Shown: one piece after another, positions 22,601-32,096 of the stretch
How the letters are laid out: the number at the start of each line of letters is the position of its first letter
Position numbering within the stretch: the stretch's first letter is position 1
From: Barthelona sp. PCE
Lineage: Eukaryota
Assembly: GCA_040285745.1 (NCBI GenBank)
Contig: JAUFOR010000008.1
Location: forward strand, 1,550,001 to 1,614,000
Length of the DNA: 64,000 nucleotides
Direction of reading: 5' to 3'
The notes under the pieces: model-generated
Database searches by the model: none
Told to the model about the DNA's origin: nothing
What the model saw: only the letters and a program-made list of their open reading frames with translations
Made by a program: the position numbers and the translations under genes

Positions 22601-23242
22601 ATGGAGGAGACAAGGCTCACCGAGCTCGCAACCGACGGTTACACTGACTTCCGCAGGAAGGACTACAACGCGTTCATCAACGTCCTGCGCGAACACATTG
22701 ATAGCTCTGTAGAATTAATCGTGCAGGAGCTCAACAACGAATTAGATGAGTTAGATGATATTCAGTGCAAAAACTATTATACTCGATTCATGCAGCTGGC
22801 AACTGATGGCATTGACCCGTATGCACGTGAGATACAGAAGGTGCACCAGTACATCAAAAGGCAATATGCAGCAGATATGAAGAAGAAGCTAAGGGCTACA
22901 TGCATCACGGAACATATCTCCAGATTGGGCACACATAAAGCAGATGCGGAGTTCAGAACTCTCATGCCCATCACAGTCGGAAACCCCATCGCGCGGATGT
23001 CTTTATGTGGAATGGCAGCTGCTGGTTCAGAAAACGCAACAAGTGATATTATGGAGTTTGTGCGTGATAGTAAGACAGCGCTTTGTGATTTCTATATGCA
23101 AAGCGTTGAGGAGCCTGAGATCAAAGAAGAGCTCAAGAGCCATATAAAGAAAATGCAAGCCAAATATGAGAAAGAAAATCCCATTCCTGCTCGCCCTGAT
23201 CCGCAAAAAGGTGGACTCTCCAAGAAGAAGCAGCGAACATAA
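19691..23242 (+). CDS. SNF2-family chromatin remodeler, ISWI-like
   Basis: [75 protein letters not shown]; SANT-like GYTDF.RKDY; acidic insertion after motif I. Confidence 0.92.
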   Translation: [1183 protein letters not shown]

Positions 23243-23267
23243 TCACATTTACAATAATTTCATCAAG

Positions 23268-24518
23268 CTATTCATTCTTTAGCTTCTTCATGTTGCGACG
23301 TTCCCGTATCCTAGAGATTGCACCATAGGTGACCCATAGACCGAGGCCTACTGCCCACATCCAGTACTTCCAGTACATCTTGGGCTTGCCAATAAACAAA
23401 TATCCAGAATGTCTTGCGATGAATAATATCTCTGACAAAACCATAAAGAGAGCCAACCACGCCGATTGTCTCAACTTCGCCTTCCTCTTTGTCGCCCATT
23501 CGTACAGCTCGGCGGCACCAAGCAATGAGCTCAAGAACCAAAGTAAAAGTCTATACAGATTCCAATTGTGGGTTGTTGGAACCAACAAAATCGACTTCCA
23601 CCAAAATGCATTGAGGTCCACAACCTCGAGCATGATCATGACGAGTGTGGCGCCGAAGAAACGGCGCATGGACTCGAACATGCCCCAGTGGTAAGAAGTG
23701 AATGAATACGGAGCAACCAAGTTAATCTTTCTGCTAACAAACGATTTGCCAGCCTCCTTCTTTTTCCTGTCCTTCGGTTTGAGCCATGAGAACGTCTTAA
23801 TACTGAGATACTCGCATGTGATCATTCCAAAGTGGATACCAAGACCGTTGCACAGTAATACATCAATTACCCAGCTATCCCACCAGCATTCACTGAAATT
23901 GACGAGGACGTGCTTGAAAGTGAGCTCCACGAACTCAAACAGAATGGATGTAATCCACAGCATTTTGTAGTCGCGCAGAATGAGGGCCTTCATGTGCCAA
24001 CCGATGATATGTGCGAAGAAAAATTCATCGTCAATGATAGGCTTAATGTTAACCCACTTTACGGAGCAGTCACCCATGTAATCACGCTCAGCAACAGTCT
24101 CAATTCCCGTGATCGGGTCAATCTTGTTCAGAATACCTCGTGTTATATCCAAGGGCATGAATGCTAAAAACAGCATAAAGCAACCGTATAAGAGTTGTAC
24201 TGCGTTTAGGCAGCGCCAAAAGACGGGATGTGGACGTTGAAAGATTATATCTTTTCCCTGAAAAACAAAAAAAAGCACTACACCAAAACAAATTACCTTA
24301 ATTGCACGGAACACTTGTCCTTCTAAAGTTTCTGGCATTTTCGACATGAAAAGATACGCTGCAAGTGCGGCGAAGCCCACAAAAAGTGCTGTGATGGTAT
24401 GTGGAGTGCTAAGCACTGTTGGAATATCTTTCTCTTCGTAGATACTATGTTCGTCAACATATTCTTCGTCCAAATCGGTCCTCAGCGCCTCTCGGAGACT
24501 CTCCATATCCATACTCAT
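23268..24518 (-). CDS. Phosphatidylserine synthase (base-exchange PSS/PTDSS family)
   Basis: RPHPVFWR, AHIIGW, FEFVELTFKHVLVNFSECWWDSWVIDVLLCNGLGI, DLNAF. Confidence 0.95.
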   Translation of the reverse strand: MSMDMESLREALRTDLDEEYVDEHSIYEEKDIPTVLSTPHTITALFVGFAALAAYLFMSKMPETLEGQVFRAIKVICFGVVLFFVFQGKDIIFQRPHPVFWRCLNAVQLLYGCFMLFLAFMPLDITRGILNKIDPITGIETVAERDYMGDCSVKWVNIKPIIDDEFFFAHIIGWHMKALILRDYKMLWITSILFEFVELTFKHVLVNFSECWWDSWVIDVLLCNGLGIHFGMITCEYLSIKTFSWLKPKDRKKKEAGKSFVSRKINLVAPYSFTSYHWGMFESMRRFFGATLVMIMLEVVDLNAFWWKSILLVPTTHNWNLYRLLLWFLSSLLGAAELYEWATKRKAKLRQSAWLALFMVLSEILFIARHSGYLFIGKPKMYWKYWMWAVGLGLWVTYGAISRIRERRNMKKLKNE

Positions 24519-24827
24519 AATAATTTAAATGGCTGGTGAAGAAAAGGGCAACAATTTCGAAAACATTATTACAATAATATCTGTGTTAAGAAGGGGATAA
24601 TTATTAGTTTTTTGAGGCATTTACTGAATCGAAATTTTTGTGAATTGGTTCTATGTTAACCTGCCTCTTTTAAAGCTAAGCTTTCCCATTCTTTGCGCAT
24701 AACGTAAATCACATTATATATTATTGAATCTCCTGTTTTGGTTGTTAAAACAACAGCACGGTGATGCTGTTGTAAATAGTCAGCAAAAAAGTGTATGGTA
24801 ATTTTACTCATCTGATGTCGTAGATGT

Positions 24828-25766
24828 CTACATCATAGCGAACTTCTTCTTCTTCAGACTGATCTCCTGAGCCTCAACACCGAGAACGTTGAAACGAACA
24901 GTCTTAGAAAGAGGACGGCACTCACCAATGGTAACAATATCACCATCCTTGCAACGGTAAGCGGGGGAGATGTGAGCGGGAACGTTGGAGTGACGCTTCT
25001 CGTATCTGTTGTACTTCTTGATGTAATGAAGGTAATCACGACGGACAATAATGGTACGCTTCATCTTGGAAGAGTGAACAATACCACGAAGAATACGGCC
25101 ACGAATGGAGACGTTACCGACGAAGGGGCACTTCTTATCGATGTAAGTACCGTTAATGGCGGTCTGAGGGGTCTTGATACCAAGACCAACCTCCTTAACA
25201 AAGCGAGTGGCCTTCTTGCCCTTCTTAAGAGACATGTTCTTACCAACGAAAATGGTAGGTTGCTTCTGGAAGCCAGCTTCAGTTTGAATCTAGGTATTAG
25301 TTAAGTATGGACTAAAAATGCAAATATTTAGGCAATTGTAAATGAGTATGTGCTATACTAGGGAGCAGTACGGGGATACCACCCAACTAGATATAGCATA
25401 CGATAGAAAAACAGTACCAAGAAGTAGTAAATAAAACCTCAGTACCCCTTGCGTTTTGAACCGTTTATGTAATGCGATCACGCATCGATTCGTGCATATA
25501 TTTGGTTTGGGTGTGTATATATGCGTTTCAACAATTTTGGGGATTGTATTTCTGATATATATCTTTGGGGAAGATATACATCTATTTGAAACTTGGGAAT
25601 CCATGCCACGCCATCCCGTTTATATCAGGACAAGCATAAACGACTGTTTTAGAAACTACAAAACACATAAGAAAAAAAAGCTCTATATACCAACGGAGAA
25701 AAGGCTTTTGATGGGGATAAACCTTTTCGCCAGCATGCTTGCATTAAAAATACATACATCAGACAT
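24828..25766 (-). CDS. RPS11: 40S ribosomal protein S11 (uS17); exons 25766-25758 and 25289-24828 (156 aa)
   Basis: Spliced N-terminus [17 protein letters not shown] restores the conserved S11 start; [28 protein letters not shown]. Confidence 0.95.
25290..25757 (-). other. Spliceosomal intron in RPS11 (468 nt, phase 0)
   Basis: GTATGT...ACTAATACCTAG; removal gives an in-frame conserved protein. Confidence 0.9.
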
Positions 25767-26080
25767 TCTAAAAAGAGAAGTAAAAGTAAAAGGAAGTTAC
25801 TCTCACTTGCTATAGCTTTTCCATCTCTATTCGTTTACAATAAGCCTTGATCAAAGGAGACAAACGTCAAAACATGTGAATAACATATGTATATAAGAAT
25901 TTTGCAATGTATGAATTTTTTCTTGAATGAACAACAATAAATGAATGTTTTATGACGATGCCACAACGTAATAGACGCTATATAGTCTATGTGGGAGCTT
26001 GACAGTTCCATTTAGTAAACGAACAACTTCCTTTTTCTTTTCTCTGCATTTTTACGTTTAGTTTCTTAAACTTTTTGAAA

Positions 26081-26530
26081 ATGGTTGAAATCAAGCAGAA
26101 CGAAGTCTCTATGCGTGTTCGTAAGTTCATGACTAACCCTATCCTCAGCCGCAAGCAAATGCTCGTTGATGTCTACCACTACGGTGTTAAGAGCACATCT
26201 GCCGTCTCCCGTAAGGCCATTGCTGAGCGCCTCTCCATCCTTTACAACGTTGCTTCTCCCCAGCTCGTTCACGTCTTCAATGTCGCTACTGCTTTCGGTG
26301 GTGGTAAGACCACTTGCAAGGCTCACATCTACGACAGAGTTGAGGACCTTGAGGCCATCGAGCCCCGCTTCAGACGCTGGAGAAACCTCGAAGAGGAGCA
26401 GAAGAAACAGCTCCTCGACGACAGAAGATCTTCCCGTAAGACTAGAGTCGTTCGTCGTTCCACCAAGAACAAGCTGAAGAAGTTCTTCAAGAAGCCTTCC
26501 AAGGATAAGGTTGCTGTTAAGAACTCTTAA
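26081..26530 (+). CDS. RPS24: 40S ribosomal protein S24 (eS24)
   Basis: RKFMTNPILSRKQMLVDV.H, TAFGGGKT, IYD, EPRFR; head-to-head with RPS11. Confidence 0.95.
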   Translation: MVEIKQNEVSMRVRKFMTNPILSRKQMLVDVYHYGVKSTSAVSRKAIAERLSILYNVASPQLVHVFNVATAFGGGKTTCKAHIYDRVEDLEAIEPRFRRWRNLEEEQKKQLLDDRRSSRKTRVVRRSTKNKLKKFFKKPSKDKVAVKNS

Positions 26531-26877
26531 TCGCGCTTATTTGTTTAACTACTACTGTGCTAAGACAGAGAGTAAAGTGCTATTCTGAATAGTTTTGTTT
26601 TTTATGTTGAAATATATTAAATTGCAGTGTTTGTTATAACATCAACCTACATTGTTTTTTGAATAAATCAACCCTTTAAATCACCATATTCTTTTATTTG
26701 TACCCTTCTAATACCATAATAATCTTTCGATATTGTGATACAAAGAATATTACAAAAATATTTGGACATTACCAGATAACAAGAAATACATACCCTCTAC
26801 AGACCACAAAACAGCATTTCAGGCGGTATAACAGGCAACAAAGGAAAACGAAATGCAAACCTGTTTTCAACCTTATA

Positions 26878-27120
26878 ATGACTAAACACACTAAAAGTTC
26901 AAAGAAAAGCTTTGTTCGCAACACAAGAGAGGTCAATATCATCAGAAAATCCAAATTTACAACCAAAAAGAAAGTAGAAAAAGCAACACTTGATCAATTT
27001 AAACAAATATTCATTGATCCATTTAAAAAACTGGCTCAAAAGGAAGGATTCGCTGTGTTACATGAGTTTTCGCTCATAATAAGTGGAAAATCAATACGAT
27101 TCGTTCAAACCGCCTATTGA
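26878..27120 (+). CDS. Small basic hypothetical protein (80 aa)
   Basis: ATG 26878, Lys-rich; 3' end overlaps EB1 by 7 nt. Confidence 0.4.
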   Translation: MTKHTKSSKKSFVRNTREVNIIRKSKFTTKKKVEKATLDQFKQIFIDPFKKLAQKEGFAVLHEFSLIISGKSIRFVQTAY

Positions 27121-27794
27121 GCAACATTACCCTCTAAAATATTTAAAATCTGTTCAGAAACTTCATTCTCGGGGTATTGCGAGATCAGTAAAGCAATTTC
27201 TTGAAGTTTTTCTTTATAAAACGTAACTTTTTTCTCCATGCCAACTATATCAAGCTGCAATTTCGCAACATGTTCTTTTTGTTCGTCCACAGCGGCTTTT
27301 CCGTTCCTACGAAGAGGTGAAGCCTCAGTTCTACGTGTTCTAGCAACTCTTCCATTACTACGCTTTGCTTTCTGAGGTGAAGGTGCAACTGCCACAGTTC
27401 CATCACCATAAGGTGACCTGTTAAAGTTTTTGGTTGCCCTCACACGCTCACCACCATCATATCCAATGGACTCATCAAAATGAGCTGTCCAATACTCGTA
27501 CAAAAATTGTAACAAAAGGTAGTTCGCCTGGAAGCGACCCTTGGCTATGGGCTCGATCTCAATAGCGTTTTGAATTCCATTTTTAAGATAAGCTTTCTGT
27601 AAACGCTTTAAATTCTCTCTGCGACTTGATTCTGTATTTGCGCCAAAGTCAACAAGCCGTACAGGGACATTTTGATGACAAGCGTCAATGATAAGCGGAT
27701 AAATTGCCGCAGATTCAGCAACCTTCATCAAATCAGGGTATGAAACAGAAAATAGGTCGTTGATCCAGTTCGTTAATGCTGTTCGAGATGTCAT
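27114..27794 (-). CDS. EB1: Microtubule end-binding protein EB1 (CH domain and EBH)
   Basis: SRTALTNWIN, NLKRLQKAY, KGRFQANYLLLQF, FYKEKLQEI. Confidence 0.9.
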   Translation of the reverse strand: MTSRTALTNWINDLFSVSYPDLMKVAESAAIYPLIIDACHQNVPVRLVDFGANTESSRRENLKRLQKAYLKNGIQNAIEIEPIAKGRFQANYLLLQFLYEYWTAHFDESIGYDGGERVRATKNFNRSPYGDGTVAVAPSPQKAKRSNGRVARTRRTEASPLRRNGKAAVDEQKEHVAKLQLDIVGMEKKVTFYKEKLQEIALLISQYPENEVSEQILNILEGNVAQ

Positions 27795-27996
27795 GTGTGT
27801 AATAGGCCCAAGAAAGAGGAATACTATTCTAATGCAGCTGACTGTTTCGTCATTTGGTATTTACTGGTTATTCGTTGGTTGTTTCCTGATTATTATATGC
27901 TTTCCATATCAAAACCAGGCTTGAAAATCCCATTAAAGTACTCAAAGCCTGTATATTTTTTCAATACCTTCTTCAACTTAATCAACTTTTTGTGAC

Positions 27997-29019
27997 ATGG
28001 AAAACGCCAAAATTAACCGTGTGGCCATCATAGGTGGCCTGGGATACATAGGAAGCCACACAGTTCGATGTTTGCTTGAGCATAACGTTCCAATCGTAGT
28101 ATTCGACAACCTTAGCGCTGGATACGATCGCGCTATCCCCCCACATGTGGATTTATTCGAGGGAGATATCCGTAACCCCACAGACATCGATGCATTTTTT
28201 TCAAAATTCGATGATGTTACGTCAGTCATTCATTTTGCAGCAAAGATCGAGGTGGGTGAGTCGATGAAGGACCCAGCCATCTTCTACAGAAACAATGTTA
28301 TCGGCACAATCAATCTACTCGATGGAATGCGAAAGGCAGGTGTGAACCACATTGTTTTTAGTTCAACAGCTGCTGTTTTTGGAGAACCAGAGGTCGTTCC
28401 CATCTCAATTTCTGCGTCTAAGCAGCCGATAAACCCCTATGGAAGAACCAAGAACATGGTTGAAGAGATTTTGAGCGATTATTCCATGGCTTATGGATTG
28501 AATTTTGCAGCACTTCGTTACTTCAACGCATGTGGTGCACACCCCAGTGGAGAGATCGGCGAGAGCCATTCACCTGAATCTCACCTCATACCTCTGGTGT
28601 TGCAAGTCCCTTTGGGTCAACGAGAGAAGATTTTTATATTCGGTGACGATTATGATACTGAAGATGGAACCTGTGTTAGGGACTACATTCATGTGTGCGA
28701 CCTGGCAGAGATCCACTATCTCGCGCTTCAACGTATTTTCGAACCCCAACATAACAAATTATTGTTGAATCTCGGATACGGACATGGGTACTCCGTCAAG
28801 GAAGTTATTGAGACAGCCAGGGAAGTTACAGGGCATGCAATCCCAGCGCAGATTGCTGATCGTCGCCCTGGTGATCCAGCTGTTTTAATTGCAAATGGTG
28901 AAGGGTTGAGAGAATTTGGATATGTACCGCAATATGATGACCTTAAACAGATCATTTCACATGCTTGGAAGTGGCACAGTAACAACCCCAACGGTTTCAG
29001 AGAAGATCTTCTGGAATAG
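27997..29019 (+). CDS. galE: UDP-glucose 4-epimerase
   Basis: GGLGYIGSH, HFAA, FSSTAAVFG, YGRTK, LRYFN, DGTCVRDYIHV. Confidence 0.95.
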   Translation: MENAKINRVAIIGGLGYIGSHTVRCLLEHNVPIVVFDNLSAGYDRAIPPHVDLFEGDIRNPTDIDAFFSKFDDVTSVIHFAAKIEVGESMKDPAIFYRNNVIGTINLLDGMRKAGVNHIVFSSTAAVFGEPEVVPISISASKQPINPYGRTKNMVEEILSDYSMAYGLNFAALRYFNACGAHPSGEIGESHSPESHLIPLVLQVPLGQREKIFIFGDDYDTEDGTCVRDYIHVCDLAEIHYLALQRIFEPQHNKLLLNLGYGHGYSVKEVIETAREVTGHAIPAQIADRRPGDPAVLIANGEGLREFGYVPQYDDLKQIISHAWKWHSNNPNGFREDLLE

Positions 29020-29221
29020 ATACCTAAACATTAATATTTAAATAAAGCAGGTGCAAAATTCTTTATTCTGGAATAAACACTTGATACATAAGACCAACAT
29101 GCTGTGTGAACAGGTACCCAAGCATTAAAAAGAATAAATATTAAACATGCAATTGTTACCCACAAAAACTCCTTTTTCTAATCGCACTTTGTACATTTAT
29201 CGCTTAGGAACACAATAACAC

Positions 29222-30748
29222 ATGTTTTCCAACGCAAAATCTTCATTCAAGCGCCGTAAAGGTCGCTCATCTGCAACAGAGCGTATCCTCACCACAAAAA
29301 CTCGAGGCAAGAGCGACATTGATCTTGACACCGAGCTAATCAATCAGCTGTACGAGAACGCATCATATGATCACAAATTATGTGTAGAAATGCTTCAAGA
29401 GGGATCTATTGATTCTTTTATTGAGTTCTTCGAGTTTACTCACCCACAACCGCCTTGCATTGGATCCCATGAGGTCCATGTACCCGAGGGTGAGAAGCCA
29501 ATCATGCACAATTCAAAGGAACTTCGTGACTGTCTGATAACCCTTGAAAACGCTTCTTTTTCGGGTGATGAACTTCTCGTACAAGAGGCATACGACACCA
29601 TCAGCAACTACTTCCTGAGGCTATCGATGAATTTATCAGAGAATCAATCAAAACTTGTTATCGAGCAAAGATTGATGTATCTTGAACAGCAACTCAACCA
29701 TGCACGGGATAACGGTTACCCCATGCATGAGGGCCGTGTTCTGCAGACTATTGGCTCCATTTACAAATCGCTCAGTATGTATGATGAGGCAATATCATTT
29801 TATACTGATTCTTGTACATGCTACATTAGCATTCAACAAGATCATTCTGTTTTAAGTGAGTTGAGCGAGAATTACACTGTTTTAATAGAGATTTTTGGTA
29901 TTTTGACTGAAAACGCATTCAAATCCAATCAGTTGCTGGAGGCACTCAATTTCCAAACAACAATAATTGAATTTGCTGAAAAACTCAGCGATGAACGTGT
30001 GCTCCTGAAGAACTTGCACAAGCTGGGCAGGTATTACTACCTCACAAAGCAATATCAAAATGCCATTGACGCCTTCAAGAAGGAACTGATTATTGGTCGA
30101 AAGCTTAAGATGCAAGGTGATCATACTGGCGATGAGGCCATTGCCCTCGCAGCCGCAGGCCTCGCAGAGGTATACTATGACTCACAGCAACAGCAGCGGG
30201 CGATGAAGTACCTGATGTTAACATACAAATTTGCCATTCAGTCGAAGAAGCCGGGAATCCTCTCTCAATCATGTGCTGATATCGGTCGTGTCTACCGCCG
30301 TAAGGGAACGGACGACTCTCTGTCCTCTGCAATATCATTCTATGAGAAACATTTTGCACTTTCGCTAAGAGAGAAGAACCAAAGCGAGATCGATAGAGCA
30401 CGTATACAGATTGGGCTGACCCAGGGCGATGCAGTCTTTGAGGAGTTCATGGCCGGAGTACAGACACAGCAGTTCAAAATCCCAGAAACTAGCCAAAGCG
30501 AAGTGCGAGTTGATCATGATGCGCTGGCACAGCTTGACAACACAGATGTAACATTAGATGACTGCAGTGATGTCGAATGGGAGTTACCAAACGGCGTAAG
30601 CGAGAAAGAACACGTTGAAGAAGAGATTGTTGATCCTGGTGATGTTCTCATCTCTGAGAAAGTTGATGTTGTTACAGAAGAACCTGTTGTAACTCTCATT
30701 GAGGAGAGGAGTATTCCGACAGCCATGAGCGATTCGTCAAATATGTAA
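29222..30748 (+). CDS. TTC29: Tetratricopeptide repeat protein, TTC29-like (flagellar)
   Basis: LCVEMLQEG..DSFIEFF N-terminal motif, TPRs, ARIQIGL near the C-terminus. Confidence 0.65.
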   Translation: MFSNAKSSFKRRKGRSSATERILTTKTRGKSDIDLDTELINQLYENASYDHKLCVEMLQEGSIDSFIEFFEFTHPQPPCIGSHEVHVPEGEKPIMHNSKELRDCLITLENASFSGDELLVQEAYDTISNYFLRLSMNLSENQSKLVIEQRLMYLEQQLNHARDNGYPMHEGRVLQTIGSIYKSLSMYDEAISFYTDSCTCYISIQQDHSVLSELSENYTVLIEIFGILTENAFKSNQLLEALNFQTTIIEFAEKLSDERVLLKNLHKLGRYYYLTKQYQNAIDAFKKELIIGRKLKMQGDHTGDEAIALAAAGLAEVYYDSQQQQRAMKYLMLTYKFAIQSKKPGILSQSCADIGRVYRRKGTDDSLSSAISFYEKHFALSLREKNQSEIDRARIQIGLTQGDAVFEEFMAGVQTQQFKIPETSQSEVRVDHDALAQLDNTDVTLDDCSDVEWELPNGVSEKEHVEEEIVDPGDVLISEKVDVVTEEPVVTLIEERSIPTAMSDSSNM

Positions 30749-30770
30749 AGTAAGCGATTATTATGTGCAT

Positions 30771-31400
30771 TTACTGATTTGATTGGACGTTTAACTTTAT
30801 AGACCGAACAGTATGAAGTTTTGAACCTTTGCTGAGATAACCGGTACCCCTTTCTACGCGTTTAGCGGATCGGGATTCAACAACAAGAAGTATAACAAGA
30901 CAGACTATAAGCACAACTATGCCAACATCTTGATAGAACTTAGAAACGTTATTTGTGACAAACAATGCAAAGGCAAAGAGGTAGCAGACCCAAAAGAAGT
31001 ACTGCACAATATCAAAAAACGATATAGTATCAATTACAGCATAGGTTGGAAAATTTCTGGCACTTAAAAACAAAGAAAGAAAGCAAAAAACAAGTAAAGT
31101 GACAATGCCAACAGAAATTACCGTTGAGTAATGATCAGAACAAATAATGATAGCTCCAGGAAACGTAATCGCTACCATGGAGCATAAGAAGCTAAGGCAT
31201 ATTTGATGAATGCGAATTGCAAGCTTGCCGTACGCTCTAGACGGGTGTCGATATGCAGCAAGCGAAACCGTATGCAAAAAAAAGAGAAAATAGTTGACTG
31301 CACAGAAGCCATCAAAACAGACTTCTTTGAGTATCATGTGAGAGTGGGATGCAAAAACGGGCGCCAAAAAAGTTGATAAAGAGAAAAATAGCAAAGCCAC
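30771..31400 (-). CDS. Hypothetical multi-pass membrane protein (start uncertain)
   Basis: About 6 hydrophobic segments; no in-frame ATG at the 5' end. Confidence 0.55.
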   Translation of the reverse strand: MALLFFSLSTFLAPVFASHSHMILKEVCFDGFCAVNYFLFFLHTVSLAAYRHPSRAYGKLAIRIHQICLSFLCSMVAITFPGAIIICSDHYSTVISVGIVTLLVFCFLSLFLSARNFPTYAVIDTISFFDIVQYFFWVCYLFAFALFVTNNVSKFYQDVGIVVLIVCLVILLVVESRSAKRVERGTGYLSKGSKLHTVRSIKLNVQSNQ

Positions 31401-31454
31401 GTAATACTTTAGGGATAGAATTGTAATCTTTTTTTTAACCCATCTCTATAAAAC

Positions 31455-32078
31455 ATGGACACACACACAACGACCATGTCCATCCAGGAGGCTATAGAAA
31501 ACCTCCTTTCAATGTTTCCCAATGTAGAGCTCTTTATTGTGGAGTCTGTTCTCGCTACAACACACGGCAACATGAATCTAGCGGTGGCAAAGCTGCTAGA
31601 AATATCAGATCCCGAGTTTAGTCGGCATGAGAACCCCACACGTCAAGTTACAGAAGAAGAGGAGGAACAGATCAAGCATGATGAGCAACTCGCCCGCATG
31701 TTGCAAGAGCAGTGGTTCCGCGAGGAGGTGAGCAACCACCCTGCACTTTCAGGGTTAAATACAACAGAACGTGAGCTTCTTAGAAGAGGGCCTTCAGAAT
31801 CTTCAGGACGTCCCAGGAGCAACTCAGATGAGGGGGTGTGGTCAAAACTCAGCACAGGAACGAAGAACATCCTGCGTCGTATTGGAAATGCGTTTTCAGG
31901 CAATGAAAATACATATCGTGAAGAGGAAGGTTCAAGGCTAATTGTAACTCGCTCTGATGACGAGATAGATCTCTCTGATAACGAATTGGAGTTGGTTGGA
32001 CATGAACAACTGCAGCATGACCCAGACTTAATGATGAATTCTGATATTTTAGTTGCTGAAACAAGAAAACTCCATTAA
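31455..32078 (+). CDS. CUE-domain ubiquitin-binding protein
   Basis: LLSMFPNV...IVESVL...GNMNLAVAKLL, then QIKHDEQLARMLQ. Confidence 0.85.
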   Translation: MDTHTTTMSIQEAIENLLSMFPNVELFIVESVLATTHGNMNLAVAKLLEISDPEFSRHENPTRQVTEEEEEQIKHDEQLARMLQEQWFREEVSNHPALSGLNTTERELLRRGPSESSGRPRSNSDEGVWSKLSTGTKNILRRIGNAFSGNENTYREEEGSRLIVTRSDDEIDLSDNELELVGHEQLQHDPDLMMNSDILVAETRKLH

Positions 32079-32096
32079 ATATGTAAATAGTGTTTA

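Noticed and set aside
25909-26061. Possible RPS24 5' UTR intron (GTATGA...TTTTACGTTTAG) containing a small hairpin with weak C/D-like boxes
   Set aside because: The branch motif is poor, the likely initiator CTTCCTTTT (about 26027) lies inside it, and the boxes are non-canonical.
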